From assembly GCA_002269645.1 (NCBI GenBank), contig NIVC01002089.1:141577-205576 (forward strand): a stretch of 64,000 nt of DNA. Direction: 5' to 3'. The notes beneath the pieces were generated by a model. It worked only from the letters and a program-made list of their open reading frames with translations, was not told the origin of the DNA and ran no database searches. The DNA comes from Macrostomum lignano. Lineage: Eukaryota. Below, one piece after another: positions 36,201-50,559 of this stretch (the first letter of the stretch is position 1; each line of letters starts with the position of its first letter). Both the position numbers and the translations under genes were made by a program.

Positions 36201-39200
36201 TCTCTCGGCATGTCGGTGGCGGGTGGCGTCGGATCCCAGCGCGGCGACATCCCTGTGTACGTCACCAACCTGCCGCCGGAGGGCCTAGCGGCCAGGTCGC
36301 GGCAGATTCGCAAAGGCGACATTGTGCTGGGAGTCAACGAGGCCAGCTTGTTAGGATTGCAGCACGAGGAGGCTGTCAGCGTGTTGAAGTCCCAGCCAGC
36401 CGGTCAGGTCCGCATTCAACTGCTGCAGGTAAAAATTAGACTGTTTCGTGCCTGCCGGTCTCCCGTAGCATTTAAGAAATCCGATTCAGTTTGAAGTTCC
36501 GAAGTTCAGAGAACAAAAAAGTGGCCCAAAATAGTTTTGGAATAGCGTTTAAAAATCTTAACAATTTCTTAACACTAAACCTGATCTATACTACTTACTA
36601 AGTAGCTTGAAGTTTTACTACAATGGGTTGTAAAAATGTTTTAGGCGTTTTCTTAAAACTTCCAGAACTTTCCTTAGGCCTTAGAGATATTTCTGAGGAT
36701 GCTCTATGTGGGTATATATAAGAGTTACCAGTGTTCATTATTATAGTTTCACATTGGTTTTATCGTACAAAGGCTGATTTTAAGAGATTTTGAAGTTTCG
36801 AGTTTGTAAAGCGCCTTATCGCTGAACTCTATTCCCATTCCCGTCCATTTTATGTTCTGCCTACCACAAGCCTAACGCCCCCCCCACTTAGTTTTATTTC
36901 CGAAACCTCGCTATGTACATTTATCTTGCCGGATTGGCACAGATGTACATTGGCGCCGCGCCCCGATCAAATTTGGGAGAGGGGTGGGTGGTTAGCCGCG
37001 TGCGCGAATTCTTTAGGCCGCTCGCTAGCCGGCCCAGCCTAACCGCCGTTGTTTTTACCCAACCTAACGGCCGACGGCTGCTAGCCTTGAAATCCACTAG
37101 TCAAAAATTCCCGGCTTAGTTGGTGGATCCACCGTGAACCCACGCTCGGCTAGCCGTACTGGCTGTGGGGTTTGTTCAGTTCAAGCATTTAGGTTGCTCC
37201 TTGGCCAATGTACAGTGTAGGATGTACATTCACAATACAAGCTAAACCGTTTTATGACCCTTCGCTCGGGCTGAGAGAGGGCGGCGCAGTTGCAGATAGA
37301 ATCAATGCAAAGTTCACAGATTTCTTTGGGGCAGTAATGGGCCCAATTAATTCAGATTAACAGTAGGAATACCAAGCCATTTTTCCGCCCGTCGAACTAC
37401 CAAGACCCTGACAATTTTTTTCGCTGCGCCGGAACGGAGCAACGCAGGCACACAAAATTTAAGAACACGGGCTAACTTTTTGTTGCGCACCTTCTCAAAC
37501 AAGAATCAAGTCGCCAGCCCTTCGGACCATCGAGATATTCGACGATTCTGCCAGAAGGTCGGATTCTTCCCATAAGTGCTAGTGTACTCAGTACACCCCT
37601 GTGCGCCAATCAGCACTGCGCCTCAGTGCAGCCTTGCCAAGTCTCCAAATTTCATCAGCACGTCGAACACATGTGTCTGCATCAGTTCTGACTTCGTTGG
37701 TCACTAGCCTTCACCCAGGCGGAGCTTCTGGACCCTCAACAGCTGTGGCACCAGGTGACTATGGACACCCTGATGCGGATTTCTCTAGTTTCGCCAATCA
37801 AGCCTCGACAGTGGGCAAGAATCAACCGCCAGAAATTCTCAGCTAGTCTCTCAAGCATTCCGTCATCATCCCGACGCCGTCGGCTCCTTCAACAGATTAC
37901 ACCAGGTGACTATGGACAGCCTGATAAGAATTTCTCTAGTTTCGCTGATCAAGCCTCGATAGTGGGCAAAAATCAACTGCTGGAATCCTCAGCTAGTCAG
38001 TCAAGCATTCAGCCATCACCCCGACGCCGTCGGCACCTTCAACAGGTGGCACCAGGGGAGTAAGGACACCTGAGCGTGATTTTTCATCATGCTCTTAACA
38101 TTTCTGAATCATTAAAAAATGAAAAAACCGATTGAATTTACTGGCTTCTTAAAAGCATAACCCTTTCTGCATAAAAATTCGGTTCAATATTATAGTTGAA
38201 TAAACTAAACAGCTTTTCGAATAAAATATGTATGTAGCTCGTATGCATAAAAGTATGTGTAATAATATTATAAATATACAGCAACATAAGTTGCTTAACT
38301 AGCTTAACTATAGCAATGTCCGTGCTTTAAAAATTTTGAGAGCTTCAGAAATGTTAAGAGCATGATGAAAAATCACGCTCAGGTGTCCTTACTCCCCTGG
38401 TGCCACCTGTTGAAGGTGCCGACGGCGTCGGGGTGATGGCTGAATGCTTGACTGACTAGCTGAGGATGTCCAGCAGTTGAGGTTTGCCCACTATCGAGGC
38501 TTGATCAGCGAAACTAGAGAAATTCTTATCAGGCTGTCCATAGTCACCTGGTGTAATCTGTTGAAGGAGCCGACGTCGGGATGATGACGGAATGCTTGAG
38601 AGACTAGCTGAGAATTTCTGGCGGTTGATTCTTGCCCACTGTCGAGACTTGATCGGCGAAACTAGAGAAATCCGCATCAGGGTGTCCATAGTCACCTGGT
38701 GCCACAGCTGTTGAGGGTCCAGAAGCTCCACTTGGGTGAAGGCTAGTGACCAACGAAGTCAGAGCTGATGCAGACACATGTGTCCGACGTGCTGATGAAA
38801 TTTGGAGACTTGGCAAGGCTGCACTGAGGCGCAGTGCTGATTGGCGCACAGGGGTGTATTGAATACATGTACACTAGCGCTTATGGGAAAAATCCGACCT
38901 TCTGGCAGAATCGTCGAATATCTCGACGGTCCGAAGGGCTGGCGACTTGATTCTTGTTTGAGAAGGTGCGCAACAAAAAGTTAGCCCGTGTTCTTAAATT
39001 TTGTGTGCCTGCGTTGCTCCGTTCCGGCGCAACAAAAAAATTGTCGGGGGGGGGGGAATTTCCCCCCCTCTCTTGGTGGTTCTACTGTTAATTTGGAAAA
39101 TTGGTGCATAAAATTTCAAACGAAATTTTGATGAAAAAATTGACTTGGAAGTGGGTTAAACGTTCGAAAAACTATTCTTTATTATAATGCTTTCATTGGG

Positions 39201-39670
39201 CGCTCCGTTGGACTTGGAATTTTGAATTTGAATGCCCACCATGGGGGCCTAGTGTGCTACTAACCCCATCTTACCCGTGCCAACTTCGTCTTTTTCAGGG
39301 TCCCGAGTCCAGTTCAGGCGGTGGCAACTTCATGCCCTCCTGGGTCTATTGGCTGGCCCTGCCGCCATTCTGCTACCTGGAGAAGGCTGTTAGACTTTGC
39401 CGAGATCCGCGCACAGGTTCGCTCGGCTTCTCAATTGTTGGCGGCTGCGACAGCGCCAACGGGCCGCAGCCGATCATTGTGAAGAGCATCGTGCACGGCG
39501 GCCCGGCCCATGCTCACGGTCAGCTCAGATGCGGCGACCTTATTATACGGGTCAACGGTGCATACGGTTTATCCGGCGTTACTCACAGCGAAGCTGTCTC
39601 ACTGCTCAAACAGTTACCATCGGAGATAATTGTGCTGTCTGTCGTGTCTTGGCCAGGCACTATTGTGTAA
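27804..39670 (+). CDS. LNX2: LNX1/LNX2-like E3 ubiquitin ligase (Zn-RING-Zn-Zn + 4 PDZ), 827 aa. Coding exons 27804-28034, 30169-30329, 31265-31357, 31627-31769, 32016-32128, 33554-33637, 33741-34036, 35140-35287, 35586-36428, 39299-39670.
   Basis: [45 protein letters not shown]...[15 protein letters not shown], four PDZ domains ([32 protein letters not shown]) and C-terminal SWPGTIV match the LNX1/2 architecture. Exon lengths sum to 2484 nt with all phases compatible. ATG in ACCATGG context. Confidence 0.9.
28184..28335. repeat. 30-bp minisatellite (GCCTTGACATCTCAGCAATTCCCCCAGTAA), LNX intron 1
   Basis: About 5 copies. Confidence 0.9.
28900..30050. repeat. 12-bp-based degenerate satellite (CTATCTGGGATT) with higher-order units, LNX intron 1
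   Basis: The monomer is visible throughout. A 147-bp block recurs at ~29612, 29759 and 29906. Confidence 0.9.
30405..30785. repeat. 35-bp minisatellite (GAAGAATCTGAGGAAGAGGGGTGGCGGCGTCCTTT), LNX intron 2
   Basis: About 10 copies. Confidence 0.9.
31409..31605. repeat. (CTA)n/(CTG)n trinucleotide array, LNX intron 3
   Basis: Directly visible. It explains the poly-L/T/Y ORFs. Confidence 0.95.
31830..31930. repeat. 21-bp repeat (GTGAGACTGAGAGTAACATGG), LNX intron 4
   Basis: About 4 copies. Confidence 0.85.
32142..32415. repeat. 31-bp minisatellite (CTGCTGTCCCCATGGTCCTCTCTGTAGGCCG), LNX intron 5
   Basis: About 9 copies immediately after the donor. Confidence 0.9.
32974..33365. repeat. (GTCT)n/(GTAT)n microsatellite, LNX intron 5
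   Basis: Directly visible. Confidence 0.95.
34170..34900. repeat. ~46-bp purine-rich minisatellite (GAATAGGGAGTGAGGTGGGTGTCGGAGGGGCAGGAATGTTT...), LNX intron 7
   Basis: About 16 copies. Confidence 0.9.
36945..37213. mobile_element. Small MITE-like element in LNX intron 9
   Basis: Inverted ends TGTACATTGGC / GCCAATGTACA. TSD not resolved. Confidence 0.35.
37405..39049. mobile_element. Foldback-type element / long inverted repeat: arms ~37405-38108 and ~38344-39049, AT-rich spacer of ~235 bp
   Basis: The arms are near-identical reverse complements over ~700 bp, and each carries ~150-bp subrepeats. Weaker inverted similarity extends to ~37342/39105. Confidence 0.9.
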
Positions 39671-39756
39671 AATATTTTATAGGGGCCGATTCTCAGCTGT
39701 TGTTTCTACTCATGCTGTCATCGAAGATGAGTTTGATAGTACTTTGGCTCTTTATA

Positions 39757-40135
39757 TGGTCAGTGCTGACAGTGTGTGTCAGGAATGGGTCAGTGCTGAC
39801 AGTGTGTGTCAGGAATGGGTCAGTGCTGACAGTGTGTGTCAGGAATGGGTCAGTGCTGACAATGTGTGTCAGGAATGGGTCAGTGCTGACAGTGTGTGTC
39901 AGGAATGGGTCAGTGCTGATAGTGTGTCAGGAATGGGTCAGTGCTGATAGTGTGTGTCAGGAATGGGTCAGTGCTGATAGTGTGTGTCAGGAATGGGTCA
40001 GTGCTGACAGTGTGTGTCAGGAATGGGTCAGTGCTGATAGTGTGTCAGGAATGGGTCAGTGCTGACTGTGTGTCAGGAATGGGTCAGTGCTGACAGTGTG
40101 TGTCAGGAATGGGTCAGTAGTGACGATCTGGGTCA
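39757..40135. repeat. 30-bp minisatellite (GGTCAGTGCTGACAGTGTGTGTCAGGAATG) just after the LNX stop codon
   Basis: About 12 copies. Confidence 0.95.
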
Positions 40136-40900
40136 GGAATTTCACGTGTGAGTTTCAGTACTCAAAGATCCCTATTTTCGATCCCTTTATGCTTTTATTA
40201 ATAACATTTTATGCTCTGTTTATTATTGATCTTCATAGAACGCAGGCACTCATTTCGCGGCATTCATCAGCTGCATAAAGTCAAAATTCATATCAGCTGC
40301 AATGTAATACTATATAAAATATAAATAACTTTTTCGAATATCTTAATTCCAGTTCAACTGTCAACATTAATTGCTGGATTTTTCAACACCCATATGGATA
40401 TAAAATATATACTACTGCACAGGCACACTTTTATTGCACTACTTACTAAGCTTTCTCAGCAAGTAGTATGAGCGAACATTTTCAATGTTACTTTTCTGCC
40501 TGAAGTTTTTCTATTCATAAGCGCTTGCTCCTGTGTGTACTCGGATCATGTCTCCATAACTATATTATAATTATTTTTGTCTCATCGAATCCCAGTGTGT
40601 TCCCAGCATTCTTCCATTTTTCAACAATGTACGTCCATTGTCCATGTAAAACACAGACAGACCTCGCTTCTTTCACACCGCGTGTGTTTTCTGTCAGGTC
40701 ACTTTGTGACGTGACTGCTTTGTGTGTTGCTATATACTTGGTAACTCGCTTTTTATAAGCTGTCAGTGAGCCGGGATCCTGATTACCTCCATTGCTTCAG
40801 GTAGCTGGTTTGATTGCGCCTCTGATAGTGCCGCCTTGCACCGGGGTGCTCTTTATTGACTGGGATTTTATTGACTAGGATTCCTGACTGCCTTTATGAT

Positions 40901-41165
40901 CTCTCCTCCTCTCCTCTCCCCTCTCCTCTCTCCTCCTCTCCTCTCCCCTCCTCTCCCCTCCTCTCCCCTCCTCTCCTCTCTCCTCCTCTCCTCTCCCTCC
41001 TCTCCTCTCCCCTCCTCTCCTCTCCCCTCCTCTCCTCCTCTCCTCCTCTCCTCTCCTCTCCTCTCCTCTCCCCTCCTCTCCTCTCTCCTCCTCCTCTCCT
41101 CCTCTCCTCCTCTCCTCTCCTCTCCTCTCCTCTCCTCTCCTCTCCCCTCCCCTCCTCTCCTCCCC
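40901..41165. repeat. (CTCCT)n polypyrimidine array
   Basis: Directly visible. Confidence 0.95.
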
Positions 41166-42574
41166 CATTACTATCAGGAGTCAGGACATCTAACAATAGT
41201 TCCGCTTTTAGTATAAGTGATTTTGTTTTTCCAGTTTGTGAATGTAAAACCTTTAAAATTGTTCCAATTTTTCAGTCAGCTGCACTGTGTGTTCTCACGA
41301 GTATCTGTGAGCACTGTATAACCAAGCCCTCATTGATGCTATTTAAATCTTCTCTCTTAGTAGAACTGAGCCATCATTTTCAAGAAGCACTTAAGGCACC
41401 CCGCTGAGTTCGTATTGTATCGGTGCCAATTTTATTAGGATTCATTTTAACAAAACTACTGGCGTGCTAAAATAACAATTTAAACAGTAGTGTTTTTATT
41501 GCAATATTACTTACTTACTGTTTGCAGTAGTGAGTTTTGTAGTAATATACGACACATGTGTTTAATATTTTGTGCAATTTTTTCTGGGTTTTTATGCGTG
41601 TCTTTTACTTCTGTATTTGCTCGGATGTGCAATGCGACTGAAAACAGTGCTAATACTGCCATAAAAAATTTTGAGTTTCAAAAAGCCTTCAGCCTAATTT
41701 TTTGTAAACCTACTATAAGTAGTCTATAACCTGAAATGCTCTTGCGTACAGCTGTTCAATAAATATGAAACGAATTTTCATGCTTTATTCATGATGATAA
41801 TGATTTCTGCTTATCTGCATATATAATTATATTTTAACTCTACAATATATACTACTGAATACCGTTTTTGCATATTTATTCAGTTTTCAAGAAAAAACTT
41901 TTTTTATTAATAGCAATTTGAGCGAATTTTTCTATTGCTTTTTTTCTGCCTACTAGTTAAGAAGAGGAGACGAGTTGAGAAACACAAATTAAAGTAGTAA
42001 GGCTTTTAGTTTAGGCAAAAGGTTTATAGATTGACGATATGTAGCGTAGAAAACATTTTAAGAGGAAATTTTAATAATTTTCTGCAATAAACTTTATTGC
42101 TCTGAAATTCCCGATGGCCTCACCACCAGACATGTCATTGCAATGTAGCGTGTAATCGAGACTTGAATTTCCGATATGTAGTGTAAATAACTTTACACAC
42201 TATTGAAAGACCCTGGGTGGAAGTTCAGTTGATTCGCCGATGTTTAGACTAAAATTGTTGCTAGCTGTATGGACATTTAGTCACTTTCCTTTCCAGTTGC
42301 AATTAGTTATTAAGAAAAATGTCTATTGTTTTTTGTGCTTAGCAATTACCCACTGGCTGCGAGATTACAGGGGGCTGGCTTGAGAGATGGCATATCAATT
42401 ATTGAATTTTCTGCAGCCGTGCGCGGCCTTTCTGCTAATTGCGTCACGTGATCTGCCTGATGACTGCGCTGCGCGACTGTCTGTTCAGCTGCCGCATGCG
42501 CGAGTCTGTGGGAAATCGGTTCATTGTTGTGCAATTCAGTACAAATTGCAATTTCACCTTTAGTCAATAGGAGA

Positions 42575-43310
42575 GAAAGGGGTGGGAGATGGAGAGAGGG
42601 TGGGAGAGGGATGGGTAGGAAAGGAAGAGAGAGAGAGGGAGGCGTAGGAGAGGGAGAGAGTGGGAGAGGGAGATGGGTAGGAGATGGAGAGAGGGAGAGA
42701 GGGAGATGGGTAGGAGATGGAGAGAGGGAGATGGGTAGGAGATGGAGAGAGGGAGATGGGTAGGAGATGGAGAGAGGGAGATGGGTAGGAGATGGAGAGA
42801 GGGAGATGGGTAGGAGATGGAGAGAGGGAGATGGGTAGGAGATGGAGAGAGGGAGATGGGTAGGAGATGGAGAGAGGGAGATGGGTAGGAGATGGAGAGA
42901 GGGAGATGGGTAGGAGGTGGAGAGAGGGAGATGGGTAGGAGATGGAGAGAGGGAGAGAGTGGAAGAGGGAGATGGGTAGGAGATGGGTAGGAGATGGAGA
43001 GAGGGAGAGAGTGGGAGAGGGAGATGGGTAGGAGATGGAGAGAGGGAGATGGGTAGGAGATGGAGAGAGGGAGATGGGTAGGAGATGGAGAGGGAGAGGG
43101 AGATGGGTAGGAGAGGGAGGGAGGGGTAGGAGAGGGAGAGAGTGGGAGAGGGGTGGGAGAGGGAGAGAGGGGGAGGCATAGGAGAGGGAGAGAGGGGTGG
43201 GAGAGGGAGAGGAGGGGTAGGAGAGGGGTGGGAGATGAGGAGAGGGAGAGGGAAAGACGGGTAGGAGGAGGAGAGGGTGGAGAGTGAGGAGAATAGAGTT
43301 GAGAGGGAGT
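42575..43310. repeat. 25-bp G/A-rich minisatellite (GGAGATGGAGAGAGGGAGATGGGTA)
   Basis: Near-perfect core at 42700-43090 with degenerate flanks. Confidence 0.9.
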
Positions 43311-43986
43311 CGGATGGACAGGAGGTGCACTGAGCCAGTACTATCTGCAGTACACAGCTGCTTTGAAAATTTCTCAATACCGATTCTGCGATTCTCGCCA
43401 GCTTCAAATCATAATTAATCCCCATTGCATTAACCCGAGTGACGCATTTTCAGAGACAGGGAGAGATAGGAGGTCAGATTGGGGAGGATGAAACTCGAGG
43501 TGACAGACCGAGCGGTCCCGCCTGAGCTCAGCAGGTGAGACTACAGTAGGCAATGAAGAATACACACTGATCGCACTGGGATCTCTGAGCGGGGAAAGAG
43601 AAGGTCTTAAACACTCGTTCGTGTGTTGCTGCACGCTTTTCCTGTCTGTCTGCCTGTCCCTGTGTGTTTATTTGCCTGCTGGGCCAGGGACTTCAGCAGG
43701 GCTGAGTACGGAGAAAGCCACGGGCTGGAGACGCAGGTAGATGGGCGGGCAGGTTGAGTCTGGCTCTCTCATGAAGACTGTAATTTCTCCTCTGCAGGGC
43801 AGGCAGGGAGGGGAGCATCGAGCAGCATCCGAGACCACAGCTCAGCCAATCGCTGACAAGAGAGGCCTTAGCGACTGACCTTAGCTAGCTGGGTGAATTT
43901 CGTCCACTTTTTTGACATTCGCATAGTCCTCGGCGCTTCACGCAGGTTTCATTGTTATCTCTCGGGGGCGAAGCTGACTGAGTCTG

Positions 43987-46416
<2,430 letters not shown>

Positions 46417-46729
46417 TTTCTAAGCAATGGACTCTATTTTCAATTTCTAATTAAACTTCGCCCTCATTAAATTTTCAATTTGCTTGTCTGATGTAAGTCC
46501 TTTCAATTCGTCAATTCAATCGAACTGAGTTTCTACAAATAGAAAGGCGAGGGCCATCCGCTTTTGTCACTGCTGTTCTTTCCATTTTTTATGGCTGAAT
46601 CCCATGGTATTTTCTGTCATCTCGGAGAATGATAATTGTGAAAATAGAAAAAGTACTTGCTCAGCTGGCTGATGACTGAACTGTTGTTGACGAGACAATG
46701 CTGCCTGCAGCACCGATTTTTCTTTTATT

Positions 46730-47035
46730 TTCCTCTCCCTCCCACCCTCACCTCTCCCTCCCACCCTCTCCTCTCCCTTCCACCCTCTCCTCCCTCCCTC
46801 CCACCCTCTCCTCTCCCTCCCACCCTCTCCTCTCCCTTCCACCCTCTCCTCCCTCCCTCCCACCCTCTCCTCTCTCCCTCCCACCCTCTCCTCTCCATCC
46901 CACCCTCTCCTCTCTCCCTCCCACCCTGTCCTCTCTCCCTCCCACCCTCTCCTCTCTCCCTCCCACCCTCTCCTCTCTCCCTCCCACCCTCTCCTCTCTC
47001 CCTCCCACCCTGTCCTCTCTCTCTCCCACCCTCTT
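46730..47035. repeat. 21-bp C/T-rich minisatellite (CCCACCCTCTCCTCTCTCCCT)
   Basis: Directly visible. Confidence 0.9.
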
Positions 47036-47407
47036 TTCATTCCCCTTCCTCCTTCTGGCCCCTTAATCCCCGTCGCTCAAGAAGTTCTTTCGTGTAATTT
47101 CTACAAATGAACTGATTGCGTGGCCTCAGATGTCCCGAATTCAGTCAGCTGTGACTCAATGCCATGGGGAATCGCCTTTAATCTTATATCCCAGCGCATC
47201 GCATCGTATACAGAGGCTCGTGTTGCAAGGCAGCCTCTGTGCTGCGAAATCAAAAGAAAATTACTGCTTTGAACTGGGTGACGGCAGCTGGTCGGACACT
47301 CTGTACTTTATTCTATGCTGCTACGATAGTGATCTTCTATGTCAGAACAAATTATACAGTTTAACTTGTCAGGATTTGCCACTGTTTCTCGGTGATTGCG
47401 ATCTGAT

Positions 47408-49000
47408 ATGAGAGTAGAGTGAGATTGGAGGGAGATCTAATATGAGATTGGAGAGAGATCTAATATGAGATTGGAGAGGGATCTAATATGCGAGTAGAAG
47501 GAGATTTGAGTGAGATCCAATATGAGAGTAGAGTGAGATTGGAGTGAGATCTAATATGAGAGTAGAGTGAGATTGGAGAGAGATCTAATAAGAGAGTAGA
47601 GTGAGATTTGAGTGAGATCTAATATGAGAGTAGAGTGAGATTGGAGTGAGATCTAATATGAGAGTAGAGTGAGATTTGAGTGAGATCTAATATGAGAGTA
47701 GAGTAAGCTTGTAGTGAGATCTAATATGAGAGTAGAGTGAGATTGGAGAGAGATCTAATATGAGAGTAGAGTGAGATTGGAGTGAGATCTAATATGATAG
47801 TAGAGTGAGATTGGAGAGAGATCTAATATGAGAGTAGAATGAGATTGGAGAGTGAGATTGCATAAAGATCTAATATGACATTAGAATGAGATTGGAGTAA
47901 GATCTAATGTGAGAGTAGAGTGAGGTTGGAGCGAGATCCAATAAGAGATTAGAATGAGATTGGAAAGAGATCCAATATGAGAGTAGAATGAGATTGGAGT
48001 GAGATAGAATACGAGAGTAGAATGATATTGGAGAGAGATCTAATATGAGAGTAGAGTGAGATTAGTGTGAGATCCAATATGAGAGTAGAATGAGGTTCGA
48101 GAGAGATCCAATATGAGAGTAGTATGAGATTGGAGTGAGATAGAATACGAGAGTAGAATGATATTGGAGAGAGATCTAATATGAGAGTAGAATGAGATTG
48201 GAGAGTGAGATTGCATAAAGATCTAATATGACATTAGAATGAGATTGGAGTAAGATCTAATGTGAGAGTAGAGTGAGGTTGGAGCGAGATCCAATAAGAG
48301 ATTAGAATGAGATTGGAAAGAGATCCAATATGAGAGTAGAATGAGATTGGAGTGAGATAGAATACGAGAGTAGAATGATATTGGAGAGAGATCTAATATG
48401 AGAGTAGAGTGAGATTAGTGTGAGATCCAATATGAGAGTAGAATGAGGTTCGAGAGAGATCCAATATGAGAGTAGTATGAGATTGGAGTGAGATAGAATA
48501 CGAGAGTAGAATGATATTGGAGAGAGATCTAATATGAGAGTAGAATGAGATTGGAAAGAGATCCAATATGAGAGTAGAATGAGATTGGAAAGAGATCCAA
48601 TATGAGAGTAGAATGAGATCTAATATGAGAGTAGAGTGAGATTAGTGTGAGATCCAATATGAGAGTAGAATGAGGTTCGAGAGAGATCCAATATGAGAGT
48701 AGTATGAGATTATAGTGAGATCCAATATGAGAGTAGAATGAGATTGGAAAGAGATCCAATATGAGAGTAGAATGAGATCTAATATGAGAGTAGAGTGAGA
48801 TTAGTGTGAGATCCAATATGAGAGTAGAATGAGGTTCGAGAGAGATCCAATATGAGAGTAGTATGAGATTAGAGTGAGATCCAATATGCGAGTAGAATGA
48901 GATTGGAGAGAGATCTAATATGAGAGTAAAATGAGATTAGAGTGAGATCTAATTTGACAGTAGAGTGAGATTGGAGTGAGAGTGGAGTGAGATTGGAGAG
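47408..49000. repeat. ~34-bp satellite (GAGATCTAATATGAGAGTAGAGTGAGATTGGAGT) with higher-order duplications, 1.6 kb
   Basis: Period ~34 bp. Longer blocks are duplicated (e.g. ~47830-48180 vs ~48180-48540). Confidence 0.9.
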
Positions 49001-49039
49001 GTACCATGTACAGCATGTATGAGTAGACTGAGACAGAGG

Positions 49040-49320
49040 CTGTAGACCTCTGTTGCACAGCAGATGCCTACAGTCTGTTACACGGAGGTCTACAGCCTGT
49101 TACACAGAGGCCTACAGCCTGTTACACAGAGGTCTACAGCCTGTTACACAGATGCCTACAGCCTGTTACACAGAGGTCTACAGCCTGTTACACAGAGGCC
49201 TACAGCCTGTTACACAGAGGTCTACAGCCTGTTACACAGAGGTCTACAGCCTGTTACACAGAGGTCTACAGCCTGTTACACAGAGGTGTACAGCGACTAC
49301 AGCCTGTTACACAGAGGCAA
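49040..49320. repeat. 22-bp minisatellite (TGTTACACAGAGGTCTACAGCC), left block
   Basis: About 12 copies, same unit as 51875-52640. Confidence 0.9.
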
Positions 49321-49329
49321 TGTTGATCT

Positions 49330-50451
49330 CACCCTGCCAAATACCGCGTGTCACAAGTGGTAGCAGAGCTCAGAATGGCAGAGGGCAGCCACCGCGCTAC
49401 AGCTACACGATGGAGCACCAATCAGGTCGGTCGCTGCTCCGTGCGGACGTGCTGAGTCGACTACCGCTGCCAGAGAGACCAGCAAAGGCACCGACACCAG
49501 CCGATGTGATGCTAGTCATGCACACGCTTAATGAGGGACCAGTGACTGCCGGAGACATTCGAGCTTTGACTAGAACGGACCCGATCCTGTCCAAAGTTCT
49601 GCAGTTCACAAAGTCCGGCTACTGGCCCGAGCGAGTAACTCAAGAACTACAGCCGGGCTAATCAGCTGAGTGTACAAGATGGCTGTCTCCTCTGGGGCAC
49701 AAGAGTGGTGATACGCGGCTCGCTCGAAGACCAAGTAGCGCGGTTCCTGCTGACATACCGCGTGACGCCACATGCCACGACTGGCACGCCGCCGTGCGAG
49801 CTGCTGATGGGAAGGCGACTGCGCTCTCTGCTCGATCGAGTGCGTCCCGATGTGCCGGCCAGGGTTGCGGTGCAGCAAGCGATGCAGAAGCAGCAGCACG
49901 ACGTCAACGCTCCCGATCGCCGCATTGAGGTCGGCGATGCTGTGGTTGCCAGGGACTTCGCTGATGACGGCAGATGGAAGCCGGCGGTGGTGACTGCCAG
50001 CTCTGGAGCAGCGTCGTTCTCGTGCCACTTTGATGACAGCCGGGAGGTCCAACGGCACATCGACCAAGTTCGCAGACCCCGGATGCTGTACCGGCTGGCG
50101 AAGCTCCCGAGGCTGAGCCGGTCGCAGATCCGCGGTCGCCTACGACGCCACGAATGCGAGCGATTTGGCATTGCCGCGGCGCTCGACCAGGATCCGAAGT
50201 GAGCCTAATCGACTGTGTTACCAGTGACTGTGATTCCGTTATTTAGTGCTCTTTGAGTTGCGGACTAAATAGTTTCTTTTAATTCCTGTTTCCTGCTTCT
50301 GCAGTTGTTGGGGAGGAGTGCAGTGACTTGGCTTGTGTTGTGTGGGGTGCTGGGGGGTTTGTTGCTTACACTTTACAATCGTGCTGTTTAACTCTCTCCT
50401 TCGCTTGTTCTTTTGTGCATACGTGCACGTGACTAATATGTCTGTTTTACA
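49330..50451 (+). mobile_element. Ty3/Gypsy (Mag/K02A2.6-like) pol fragment with the integrase Zn-finger/DDE core deleted, followed by a PPT and a possible short LTR
   Basis: YSYTMEH..RADVLSRLP..DIRALTRTDPILSKV..LSVQDGCLLWGTRVVI joined directly to ARFLLTYRVTPHATTGTPPCELLMGRRLRS..VGD.V.ARDF...WKPAVV..RHIDQ. PPT GGGGAGGAG at 50310-50318, then TG...CA to ~50451. Confidence 0.75.
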
Positions 50452-50559
50452 GTCCCCAAATTATTGATCGGTTAAAATGCTATTTCGACAAATACATATA
50501 TGAATGATTTTATCATGCTATCGCTAAGCATCTTTCTGCCACGCAAACTAAGTGAAGTC

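Noticed and set aside
37601-38849. Small ORF pairs (81-102 aa) on both strands in LNX intron 9 as genes
   Set aside because: They are mirror images produced by the inverted-repeat arms, with frames broken between the 150/151-bp subrepeats.
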